Positions 13,675 to 20,815 of a stretch of DNA of 24,000 bases are shown here, piece after piece. This DNA is from Candidatus Aenigmatarchaeota archaeon. Its GTDB lineage: Archaea > Aenigmatarchaeota > Aenigmatarchaeia > GW2011-AR5. The stretch lies in assembly GCA_018304585.1 (NCBI GenBank), contig JAGVVY010000020.1:1-24000 (forward strand), given 5' to 3'. The position numbers and the translations under genes are program-made. The stretch's first letter is position 1, and every line of letters starts with the position of its first letter. Below the pieces are notes generated by a model that was not told the origin of the DNA, did no database searches, and worked only from the letters and a program-made list of their open reading frames with translations.

Positions 13675-13914
13675 GTGACGCAGACTCAGGCATCCACGGA
13701 AGTGGCCGACAACATAGCAATCGGCACGAACTCCGTGGACACCGGAACGACCGCCATGGGTCTCGACATTGGCGTTCCGTTCATTAATACCGTGACTTGC
13801 ACGGTGATTGCGGATTCCGGCCAAAGGAATTTGCTTATCCAGTTCAATTCGGAAACGTCCGATACGGTCACGACGTATGGAGGATCGTATTACACCAAGG
13901 CCGTCAACGAATAA
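13675..13914 (+). CDS. Doubtful small Thr/Ser-rich ORF (79 aa); possibly part of a frameshifted secreted-protein gene
   Basis: The only in-frame start is GTG 13675. The product looks beta-rich (…NIAIGTNSVDTGTTAMGLDIGVPFINTVTCTVIAD…). The downstream 175-aa gene has no promoter of its own, so this stretch is probably transcribed. Competing minus-strand ORFs look like noise. Confidence 0.3.
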   Translation: MTQTQASTEVADNIAIGTNSVDTGTTAMGLDIGVPFINTVTCTVIADSGQRNLLIQFNSETSDTVTTYGGSYYTKAVNE

Positions 13915-13929
13915 CGAGATGAAGCGGGG

Positions 13930-14457
13930 TTGTATAAAATCAATTCACTCAATTCTATTTTGACTGCGCTATTCTTATTGGCGGTCTTGCCAACGGGTGC
14001 ATATGCGGAAACGACGTTCTTTGATAATGCAGGCGATGCTTTTATTATGGGCAGTTCTCCAGCAGGCGAAGTAATAGGAGGAATAACTGATGGAACGGCA
14101 GGCGGAGGAGGTTGTTTATATGAATGGAACTGCACGGGCTGGAGTGAATGTCTTTCGTCTGGGAAACAGACAAGAAACTGCATCAATATCGGCAGTTGCC
14201 CTGACATATATAAATCCCCGGAAATAAACCAAAGTTGCACCTACACTCCTCCCGAAATCGTCGAGAAAGAAGATAAATGGCCGAAAAACAAAACCGAAAA
14301 CGCAAACGGAAAGGAAATCATGGATAACAATCATATATTCCTTTATTTTATGGCAGCCACCATAATTGGCTTCGTTGCACTCTATTTAAAAATAAAATTA
14401 AGCGATGTTTATGCGAAAGACGCTACAAAGCTTAAAAAGAAGCGCCTTTATGCATAA
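13930..14457 (+). CDS. Secreted, C-terminally membrane-anchored protein with a 6-Cys W-x-C-x2-W-S-x-C module
   Basis: Signal peptide YKINSLNSILTALFLLAVLPTGAYA|ET. Gly-rich linker. CLYEWNCTGWSECLSSGKQTRNCINIGSCPDIYKSPEINQSC (14113-14238). C-terminal TM IFLYFMAATIIGFVALYL followed by a basic tail KLKKKRLYA. Start is TTG 13930. An SD-like GAGATGA lies 7 nt upstream. Confidence 0.75.
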   Translation: MYKINSLNSILTALFLLAVLPTGAYAETTFFDNAGDAFIMGSSPAGEVIGGITDGTAGGGGCLYEWNCTGWSECLSSGKQTRNCINIGSCPDIYKSPEINQSCTYTPPEIVEKEDKWPKNKTENANGKEIMDNNHIFLYFMAATIIGFVALYLKIKLSDVYAKDATKLKKKRLYA

Positions 14458-14463
14458 AACAAC

Positions 14464-16350
14464 TCATCTTACTTTCTCCCCGTCATTGACTTTCCGCACA
14501 GGCGAGAGTATCGCGGCCTCGTCGCCTGCCGCAAGTATCATGCCTTGGGATTCGACGCCGCGGATCGTCGCAGGCTCAAGGTTGGTTATGACAGTGACTT
14601 GCCTGCCTTTCAGCTCCTCGGGTTCGTAGAATTTTCTTATGCCTGAAACTATCTGGCGCTTTTCGCTGCCAAGGTTAACGGTAAGTATGTACAGCTTGTC
14701 TGCATTCGGATGCGCTTTCACGTCCTCAATCGTGCCGACCGTCAGCTCAATCTTTTGGAATTCCTTCACCGGTATCATGCCGTTTTTCACCTCTATGGTT
14801 TCTTTTGCATCGCCCTGCTTTATTTCTTTCGCCGCTTCTTTCTTTTCAGGCGCGTATTCCAGGTTCACAAACAACTTCTCTGCCTTTATTTTTGCGCCCT
14901 TCTTCAGGCTGTCTTTGCCCACGTCCGTTATGTCGTGTTTTGCGCCCAGAGCTTGAAGCGCCCTGCCGGCCGCATAAGGCACGAAGGGCTGCAGAAGTAT
15001 GCATGCGTCCTTGAGGCGATTGGCGGCAAAGAACATGGTCTCTCCGCTTTCAGCGGCATTTTCCCACGGCTTCTTGTGCTGGAAGTATCTGTTAAGCTCG
15101 GTACACAGGGACATTATCGCCTCAAGCGATTCGTTGAAGCGGAAGTCCTTCATGTATCTTGCGACATCTTCCGCCTTTTCGGAAAAGAGCTTCTCCAGAG
15201 CCCGCTCATCCTTGCCTTTTTTGCCCATGGGCAGGCGGCCGCCGAAGTTCTTCTCCATGAACGACGTCACCCTGTAGAAAAGATTCGAGAAATTCGAGAC
15301 AAGCTCGGAATTGACGCGCTCAACCATCGCCTTCTCGGAGAAATCGCCGTCATCAAACGGCGGTATTTCCCTGAGCATGAAGTATCTTAGGGTGTCAGCA
15401 CCGTATTTTTCAGCAAGCATAAACGGATCAACTACGTTGCCCAAACTCTTGCTCATCTTCTGGCCGTTGACGGTTATGTAGCCGTGGACGAACAGCGACT
15501 TGGGCAGCGCGAGCCGTGCCGAAAGCAGCATCGCCGGCCAGTAAACGGCGTGGAATCTTATTATTCCCTTTCCTATGACATGCACGTCCGCCGGCCACCA
15601 TTTGTCGTAGCTCTTCGCATCCTTTCCGTAGCCGACAGCGGTCTGGTAAACGTTCAGGGCGTCAAACCACACGTACATGATCTGCGAAGCGTCGCCGGGC
15701 ACCGGCACGCCCCAGCCTTTGGCTCTCTTCACAGAGCGGGAAACGCTGAAGTCTTCAAGCCCTGAACGGATAAAGCTCATCACCTCGTTCTTCCTTGATT
15801 CGGGCGCTACTCTGAGCTCTCCGCTCCCTATCAGCTTTTCCAGCTTCTTCTGGTATTTTGAAAGCCTGAAAAAATAATTCTCTTCCTCAACGGTCTCGGG
15901 CTCCTTCTTGTGCTCCGGGCACAACCCCTTTTCAAGCTCGCTTTCCGCATAGAAGGCTTCGCATCCGACGCAGTAAAGGCCCTTGTATTTCTTCTTGTAT
16001 ATGTCGCCTGCCTTCTCGCACAGGCGCCACATCTCCTGCACGCCCTTGAAATGCTCTTCCGGCACCGAAGAACGCAGGAACTTGTTGTACGAAAGGCCTA
16101 TCTTGTCCATGAATTGCCTGAACTTTTCCGCGTTCCGTTCGCAGAGCTGCGCAGGCGTTATCCCCTCCTTTTCGGCGGCCTGAACGTTTTTGAGGCTGTT
16201 TTCGTCCGAGCCTGTGGCAAGAAAAACCTTGTCGTCGTTAAGCCCGTGCCATCGGGCTATTGCGTCGGTCTGTATGAATTCCAGCGCATGCCCTATGTGC
16301 GGCGCCGCGTTCACGTACGGTATTGCCGTGGTTATGTAGAATTTTTTCAT
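14464..16350 (-). CDS. metG: Methionyl-tRNA synthetase with C-terminal Trbp111/EMAP-type tRNA-binding domain
   Basis: MKKFYITTAIPYVNAAPHIGHALE (HIGH), CVGCEAFY...CPEHKK zinc knuckle, KMSKSLGN. C-terminal AHPNADKLYILTVNLGSEKRQIVSGIRKFY...GVESQGMILAA. The track ORF starts at TTG 16398; ATG 16350 gives the canonical N-terminus. Confidence 0.93.
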   Translation of the reverse strand: MKKFYITTAIPYVNAAPHIGHALEFIQTDAIARWHGLNDDKVFLATGSDENSLKNVQAAEKEGITPAQLCERNAEKFRQFMDKIGLSYNKFLRSSVPEEHFKGVQEMWRLCEKAGDIYKKKYKGLYCVGCEAFYAESELEKGLCPEHKKEPETVEEENYFFRLSKYQKKLEKLIGSGELRVAPESRKNEVMSFIRSGLEDFSVSRSVKRAKGWGVPVPGDASQIMYVWFDALNVYQTAVGYGKDAKSYDKWWPADVHVIGKGIIRFHAVYWPAMLLSARLALPKSLFVHGYITVNGQKMSKSLGNVVDPFMLAEKYGADTLRYFMLREIPPFDDGDFSEKAMVERVNSELVSNFSNLFYRVTSFMEKNFGGRLPMGKKGKDERALEKLFSEKAEDVARYMKDFRFNESLEAIMSLCTELNRYFQHKKPWENAAESGETMFFAANRLKDACILLQPFVPYAAGRALQALGAKHDITDVGKDSLKKGAKIKAEKLFVNLEYAPEKKEAAKEIKQGDAKETIEVKNGMIPVKEFQKIELTVGTIEDVKAHPNADKLYILTVNLGSEKRQIVSGIRKFYEPEELKGRQVTVITNLEPATIRGVESQGMILAAGDEAAILSPVRKVNDGEKVR

Positions 16351-16411
16351 GCATGTCACCCGTGAAGAATAGTTAACCGCCGAAGATTTAAAATACAAAG
16401 CTTATTCCCGC

Positions 16412-16753
16412 CTATATGATGGGTAATAGATATTGCCTATCTTCAGGATTCACACATTCCTCGTATTTATGAAACGGGTATTCCGACTGCATTCGCACGC
16501 TCCATTCGTGCAAATCCTCTCCAGGAACGCGGAGATTGGCAAAATCCACCGGTTTATAATTGCCCTGCATGGTAAGTTTGCCGTCCGGAAGGAGCACGAG
16601 GGATTTCCTGTCTGTTACATGACCGTAAAAAGCGTCAAAATTTCCGTTATATGCAGATACGCCGTCCACTTGCCTGCTCTGCAGCCACAAAACAAAAATT
16701 GCGTTTCCTAAGGCGGTGCACTCTCCTATTCCAAATATGGGATTGTAAGACAT
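16412..16753 (-). CDS. Hypothetical protein (113 aa), no family recognised
   Basis: Clean ORF between metG and trpS. GAATAAAA box (16776-16783, minus) sits exactly 22 nt upstream of the ATG. No recognisable motif. Confidence 0.55.
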   Translation of the reverse strand: MSYNPIFGIGECTALGNAIFVLWLQSRQVDGVSAYNGNFDAFYGHVTDRKSLVLLPDGKLTMQGNYKPVDFANLRVPGEDLHEWSVRMQSEYPFHKYEECVNPEDRQYLLPII

Positions 16754-16824
16754 TGAATTTTACTGTTGCCTGTGTTTTTATTCATTTACGTTATTGATAT
16801 GTAAATCTGCATAAAATAATTACC

Positions 16825-16838
16825 AAAAAAATAAATTT
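16825..16838 (-). terminator. Oligo-T tract (T7) directly after the trpS stop codon
   Basis: The minus strand reads TGA-AAATTTATTTTTTTGG. T-runs are the main archaeal termination signal. Confidence 0.4.
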
Positions 16839-17957
16839 TCAGAATCCCTGCTCCTCAACGAACCTTTGCACCGGAACTCTGGATTTTTCCATCTTCTGCC
16901 GGTGTTCCTTAAGGAAAGCCGCTATTTTTTCTGTTGCAATCTGCTTCAGCTCTCCTGACAGGAGCTTTCCGTCTTTGTAGTTGTTGTAAATGGCGCTTAG
17001 CTTGTCGTCATCCGGCTCAAGAGCGAACTTCAGCATCTGGAAAGACACGTCCACATCCGGATTTCCGCCTTTCTTCCTGTGCTCTTCCAACGAATCCCTT
17101 CCGCCTGAGAAGGCGTATTTCATTATCTTTTTCGACGCTTCTTCCGGGCTGTCTGTCAGCGCTATATACGAAGTAGGATCAGACGAAGACATCTTCCCGC
17201 CCTTCAGCCCCGGCATGAATTTATGGTATGTTGAACTGAGCTGGATGAAATTGAACCCCTTGATCCTCTGCGACATATCGCGCGCAAGGCGCAGGTGCGG
17301 ATCCTGGTCGCATCCGACCGGGACGACCACCGGCATGGGCCCTTCAAACTGCGGCAGCTGCGCATGCAGCATATCCGAGGCTTGCAGAAGCGACGATGCC
17401 ATTTTTCCCGGGCTTATGTCGCCGTATATAGCCTTGAACTCGTTGAAGGTCACGTGCCTTGCAAGCATGTTCGCCAGCGAATAGTAAGCCGAAGCCTTCT
17501 TCCCGTCTTTCGAGCGCATGGACTGAAAATAAAAATCGCATTTCCTGAGGTCAAGCCCAAGAGCAGCATAATTCATGAGATATTCCTCGATGGCCGTAGT
17601 TCTCAATTGCCCCATGTCGGGAATCCTCGAATTATACGCCTCCACGTCAGCGACTGTAATGTAGACTTTTGCCCCGAGCTTCTGGTAGAATATCATCTGC
17701 TCGGCCACCATCTTGTGACCGAAATGGAATTTGCCAGATGGCATGAGCCCCGTCATCATGACGAACGGCTGCTTGTTTTCGACTGCAGTTGCAATTCTTG
17801 AAAAATCCCTGTGACCGAATATTATCTTCCTGCGGAAGAGCATATTCTTGTTGAATTGCTCGGGAAGCTTGCCGAACGATTCGAGGCCGAATTCCTTCAT
17901 GAGCTTGCCGTAATCTATCTTGCTCGGGACTTCCCATGGCGTTATTTTTGAAATCAT
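16839..17957 (-). CDS. trpS: Tryptophanyl-tRNA synthetase (archaeal/eukaryotic type)
   Basis: 372 aa. ITPWEV...IDYGKLMKEFG N-terminus, GLMPSGKFHFGH (HIGH-equivalent), KMSSSDP (KMSKS-equivalent), GGNPDVDVSFQML. ATATAAAAA (17986-17994, minus) 28 nt upstream suggests its own promoter inside the 3' end of the preceding gene. Confidence 0.9.
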   Translation of the reverse strand: MISKITPWEVPSKIDYGKLMKEFGLESFGKLPEQFNKNMLFRRKIIFGHRDFSRIATAVENKQPFVMMTGLMPSGKFHFGHKMVAEQMIFYQKLGAKVYITVADVEAYNSRIPDMGQLRTTAIEEYLMNYAALGLDLRKCDFYFQSMRSKDGKKASAYYSLANMLARHVTFNEFKAIYGDISPGKMASSLLQASDMLHAQLPQFEGPMPVVVPVGCDQDPHLRLARDMSQRIKGFNFIQLSSTYHKFMPGLKGGKMSSSDPTSYIALTDSPEEASKKIMKYAFSGGRDSLEEHRKKGGNPDVDVSFQMLKFALEPDDDKLSAIYNNYKDGKLLSGELKQIATEKIAAFLKEHRQKMEKSRVPVQRFVEEQGF

Positions 17958-17981
17958 GTTATCACAAACAGTATCTTTTCG

Positions 17982-18230
17982 TTAGTTTTTATATCTTCCT
18001 TTAAGCGCGTTGTAAAAACAGTCTCTATCGTGGCCTAAAAGATGGGAAGCGCCGGATCTAGTCACATTTCCTGCCTTCAATGCACCAAGTACGGCAATAA
18101 TATATTTATCGATATATCCAATAGTTATCTCGAAATCTCCGCTGGCGTATAATTTGCATTTGCCACAAATCTGCATCAGCGCTCCTCGCAGTTCGTTATT
18201 GATATTCTGGCCTGCCACAAATTGTTTCAT
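17982..18230 (-). CDS. Small protein (82 aa) with putative Fis/NtrC-type C-terminal HTH
   Basis: YIIAVLGALKAGNVTRSGASHLLGHDRDCFYNALKGRYKN follows the Fis/NtrC C-terminal HTH pattern (…aL…GNxTRAAxxLGIxRxTLxxKLKxYg). Pattern match by eye only. No promoter-like box upstream, so it is probably co-transcribed with 18258..18683. Confidence 0.55.
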   Translation of the reverse strand: MKQFVAGQNINNELRGALMQICGKCKLYASGDFEITIGYIDKYIIAVLGALKAGNVTRSGASHLLGHDRDCFYNALKGRYKN

Positions 18231-18257
18231 GATGATTACCGCTGCAATGAAAATGGT

Positions 18258-18683
18258 CTACCATCCACCTACCCGACCAGGCCTATCTTCCACGGCATCC
18301 CTTTTGTTCATGACATTTCTTGATTCTAGTACATCCAATTGCCTTTCGGTAAAAATTTCAAACTGCCGCTCGCCGAAGCTTGAACTTCTCAAAACACCTA
18401 CGTAAGGTTCTCCTGTCTCTTTGTCCGGAATAGGCAGGTAATTTTCCATTATGTCAAGACCTCCGTCCATGTAGTGCATTCCGGGAATGTCGCATTTGCG
18501 GCCTTGCATCTTTCTGATGCGATCGTCAACAGGTGGCTTTCCTGTTTCCATTATGTATTCAATAGCCTTGGCCCTGATGAGAGGAGACATATAGGTACTA
18601 TCGTCAAAAACGTCCACGATGACACCCAGAAATGCCATAGCTCGATCGATGCCGGCAGAATCCGGGTCGTAGTTTCCATTCAT
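18258..18683 (-). CDS. Hypothetical acidic protein (141 aa), no family recognised
   Basis: Clean ORF. Its ATG overlaps the stop of the upstream 64-aa ORF (ATGA at 18680-18683), implying translational coupling. Confidence 0.6.
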   Translation of the reverse strand: MNGNYDPDSAGIDRAMAFLGVIVDVFDDSTYMSPLIRAKAIEYIMETGKPPVDDRIRKMQGRKCDIPGMHYMDGGLDIMENYLPIPDKETGEPYVGVLRSSSFGERQFEIFTERQLDVLESRNVMNKRDAVEDRPGRVGGW

Positions 18684-18874
18684 TCTTCCATCCCCCTTGT
18701 TTTTTCCCGACCAATATACTTCATTTCCGGTTTTTCATTGTCCGTTGGCGGACTGTAAAAAAGTCCTATATAGACCTCACTAATAATCTTGCCATAGTCT
18801 TCCAGCGATAAAAATACTGGAGAAGATACTCCTGCTATGAACCTTCCGCTCTCTCTAATTTCATATACATACAT
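18680..18874 (-). CDS. Hypothetical small protein (64 aa; the track gives an 88-aa version from 18946)
   Basis: I prefer ATG 18874 (MYVYEIRESGRF...). GGAGGT (18883-18888, minus) lies 8 nt upstream, the same spacing as at the LSm gene. TTTATTTT (18897-18904, minus) lies 22 nt upstream. Confidence 0.5.
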   Translation of the reverse strand: MYVYEIRESGRFIAGVSSPVFLSLEDYGKIISEVYIGLFYSPPTDNEKPEMKYIGREKTRGMEE

Positions 18875-18896
18875 TTCTATCAACCTCCGTTTCAGC

Positions 18897-18904
18897 AAAA
18901 TAAA
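18897..18904 (-). promoter_or_regulatory. TATA-like box (TTTATTTT) for the 18874-17982 three-gene cassette
   Basis: The minus strand reads AGGTTTATTTTGCTGAAACGGAGGTTGATAGAA-ATG. Confidence 0.4.
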
Positions 18905-19012
18905 CCTTTCTTCTCCGATCGGAGAAGAAAATGCGGGAAGAAACATAGCCGCGGCTAATGAGGAATTTTACAGCATACTTCACGGCTCTTGCCGAAAGCC
19001 GCGTATCAGAAA

Positions 19013-19222
19013 TTATCTTGCTTTGGCATGTCCCAAAGGCAATTGTTGCCGGATATTGATAGAAGTACCTTGTTCTCCGAATCCGTCAATCCAAAGGCGT
19101 CCACCCATCTTAATCACTTCTTTACAATGCATGGCAGAACTTAAATACCGGACGATAGGTGCAAAACCGATATTTAAGCATTGGACATGATCGTTTATTA
19201 TGAAAGTAAAATTTGCTGGCAT
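19013..19222 (-). CDS. Doubtful ORF (69 aa)
   Basis: ORF-track entry only. No convincing TATA or SD. Its first 23 nt overlap the better-supported + strand ORF starting at 19200. It is the only candidate gene in an otherwise unassigned ~300-nt stretch (18905-19199). Confidence 0.25.
   Translation of the reverse strand: MPANFTFIINDHVQCLNIGFAPIVRYLSSAMHCKEVIKMGGRLWIDGFGEQGTSINIRQQLPLGHAKAR
19171..19178 (+). promoter_or_regulatory. TATA box (TATTTAAG) 21 nt upstream of ATG 19200
   Basis: Same octamer as at 2282-2289, and its complement at 10937-10944, with the same spacing to an ATG. Confidence 0.45.
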
Positions 19223-19388
19223 TGGATTGGAGAAAAAAATTCAGCAGGTATATTGCATGAAGGCCCCAAAAATCGACATAGAAGAAATGAAAAAATGGAA
19301 ACAGCGCAATTTTGAGGAGCGGATGAAGTTCATAGACGAGTACGTGGAATGGCTCAGAAAGAACAAGATAAGGGAAATAAAGAAGTGA
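19200..19388 (+). CDS. Small basic/acidic helical protein (62 aa), unknown function, upstream of the P-loop kinase
   Basis: ATG 19200 has the TATTTAAG-N21 arrangement. The product ends KIDIEEMKKWKQRNFEERMKFIDEYVEWLRKNKIREIKK. An alternative internal start is ATG 19257 (43 aa). Confidence 0.5.
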   Translation: MKVKFAGIGLEKKIQQVYCMKAPKIDIEEMKKWKQRNFEERMKFIDEYVEWLRKNKIREIKK

Positions 19389-19404
19389 TGCCTTTGTTTT
19401 GGTC

Positions 19405-19881
19405 ATGTTTATGTTAGTCATCATCTGCGGCCTGCCGGGCACCGGCAAGAGCTTTGTCGCCGAAATCGCAGCTAAGAAGCTCGACGCAGCGCTGCTGAGA
19501 ACCGATGCGATAAGAAAAACGCTTTTTCCTCGCCCTGCATATACCGAAGAAGAGAAAATGAAAGTATACCAAGAGATGTTTCGCATGGCAACGGAAAAGC
19601 TCGCCGAAGGAAACGTGGTGCTTGACGCGGTCTTTCCGCGCGAAAGCCTGCGCAAGCGGGCGCTTTCTTTGACAAAAGACTCTATTATCATACAAACTGT
19701 CTGCAGCGAAGATATTGCAAAAAAAAGGCTATCAGAAAAACGGCTGCTGAGTGACGCGGATTATGATGTTTATCTGAAAATAAAGAATGAGTTTGAACCC
19801 CTGCAAGAAAAACATTGTGTTATCAATACAGAGGCCGGCAAAGATAAAATAGAGAAGGAAATTCAGAGGCTTCTCGCGTAA
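19405..19881 (+). CDS. AAA_33-type P-loop kinase-like ATP-binding protein
   Basis: MFMLVIICGLPGTGKSFVAEIAAKKLDAALLRTDAIRKTLF...VYQEMFRMATEKLAEGNVVLDAVFPRESLRKRA: Walker A at the extreme N-terminus and the xxLDAxF motif typical of this family. The track start is TTG 19399; ATG 19405 or 19411 are more likely. Confidence 0.8.
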   Translation: MFMLVIICGLPGTGKSFVAEIAAKKLDAALLRTDAIRKTLFPRPAYTEEEKMKVYQEMFRMATEKLAEGNVVLDAVFPRESLRKRALSLTKDSIIIQTVCSEDIAKKRLSEKRLLSDADYDVYLKIKNEFEPLQEKHCVINTEAGKDKIEKEIQRLLA

Positions 19882-20765
19882 TTCTCTGCCAATAAGAAGT
19901 ATTCGGCCGCTTCTTCCGGCTTCTTAGAAAACGCCGCTATCTTTCCTCTTACATATGCCCGGTAACATTTGTAAAAAGTGAGTAATGCTGCAGGAATTTC
20001 TTCCTTGCACGAAGAAATGAATATGTCCGCAAGATCCTTTCTCCCATGAAACTCAAGATCCATGGCCATGAAAGCTATATCGGAAACAGGATCGCAGAAA
20101 GCTATCCTATCGTTGAATTCTATGGCATCAAATATGTAGGGCGTTCCTTCAACTATGAAGATATTGCCGGAATGCAGGTCGCCATGGCACCGTATGGCTC
20201 CTCTTGACTTCAGAAGAATTTCATTGCCATGGATGAATCGCTCGATGCAACTTTTAATATAGCCAAGGCTTTCGGCATTTAATGCATCTTTTGTCTGGAG
20301 AAAATTCTCTTCCCAATTGAGCTTTATGTCATTTAAAGAATCTCTCCTATCGCCAATATTTTGCTTATGGAAAGCTGTTATGATGTCTGCTATTTTTTCC
20401 ATCACTGCCCGGGTTATTTTTCCATCGGCCAGCATGCCTGTCATTATGCAGTTTTCAGGCATCTGCAACATTTTCACAGCATAATCAACGGCGTCGCCTT
20501 TTCCTATGCCTTTGCTGCCCACGGGCACGACGTCAAGATATATATCCGAAAACTTCGAGTTGATTTTAAGCTCTTCCTCGCAAAACCGCTTTCTTCTTTC
20601 AAGAGTCGAATAATCGAGGAACCCGAAGTTCACGGGCTTCTTCACCTTGTAGGCGTATTTCCCTGTCAGGAAAACCCAGGAAACGTGCGTTTCTACAACC
20701 CTGATTTTGGAGACCGGATGAGGATACGCCGTTTCCTTTGAAAGTATAGAAACGATATCGGCCAT
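19863..20765 (-). CDS. Aminoglycoside-phosphotransferase-like (APH/protein-kinase-fold) enzyme
   Basis: From ATG 20765: MADIVSILSKETAYPHPVSKIRVVETHVSWVFLTGKYAYKVKKPVNFGFLDYSTLERRKRFCEEELKINS...CHGDLHSGNIF...FDAIEFNDRIAFCDPVSDIAF. This has the kinase-fold catalytic HGDLHxxN and DxxxF/D motifs. The 56 codons upstream in the track ORF (to 20933) overlap ahcY and are rejected. GTATTAAT box lies 22 nt upstream of 20765. Confidence 0.8.
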   Translation of the reverse strand: MADIVSILSKETAYPHPVSKIRVVETHVSWVFLTGKYAYKVKKPVNFGFLDYSTLERRKRFCEEELKINSKFSDIYLDVVPVGSKGIGKGDAVDYAVKMLQMPENCIMTGMLADGKITRAVMEKIADIITAFHKQNIGDRRDSLNDIKLNWEENFLQTKDALNAESLGYIKSCIERFIHGNEILLKSRGAIRCHGDLHSGNIFIVEGTPYIFDAIEFNDRIAFCDPVSDIAFMAMDLEFHGRKDLADIFISSCKEEIPAALLTFYKCYRAYVRGKIAAFSKKPEEAAEYFLLAENYARSL

Positions 20766-20786
20766 GCAAAAATACGGCGAAAAAGA

Positions 20787-20795
20787 AATTAATAC
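20787..20795. promoter_or_regulatory. Single shared bidirectional TATA box (AATTAATAC) in the 50-bp APH-like/ahcY spacer
   Basis: 21 nt from the ahcY ATG (20816) on the + strand and 22 nt from the APH-like ATG (20765) on the - strand. Confidence 0.5.
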
Positions 20796-20815
20796 ATATA
20801 CAGGATAGTAGTAGG

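Noticed and set aside
13554-14460. Integrated element using tRNA-Lys as an attachment site
   Set aside because: I found no downstream direct repeat of the tRNA 3' end (GAGTTCAAATCTCGTCGGGCCCA) in the window and no integrase gene. The same holds for tRNA-Ala.
14710-15390. 226-aa plus-strand ORF and neighbours (14639..14956, 15910..16365) inside metG
   Set aside because: They are antisense to the MetRS frame that carries the HIGH and KMSKS motifs. They are shadow ORFs.
16990-17801. Plus-strand ORFs of 164 and 168 aa inside trpS
   Set aside because: They are antisense to the TrpRS frame and have no motifs.
19122-19691. 189-aa minus-strand ORF spanning the small + ORF and the P-loop kinase start
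   Set aside because: It is antisense to a Walker-A-containing frame, and its product is Ser/Phe-rich and low in complexity.
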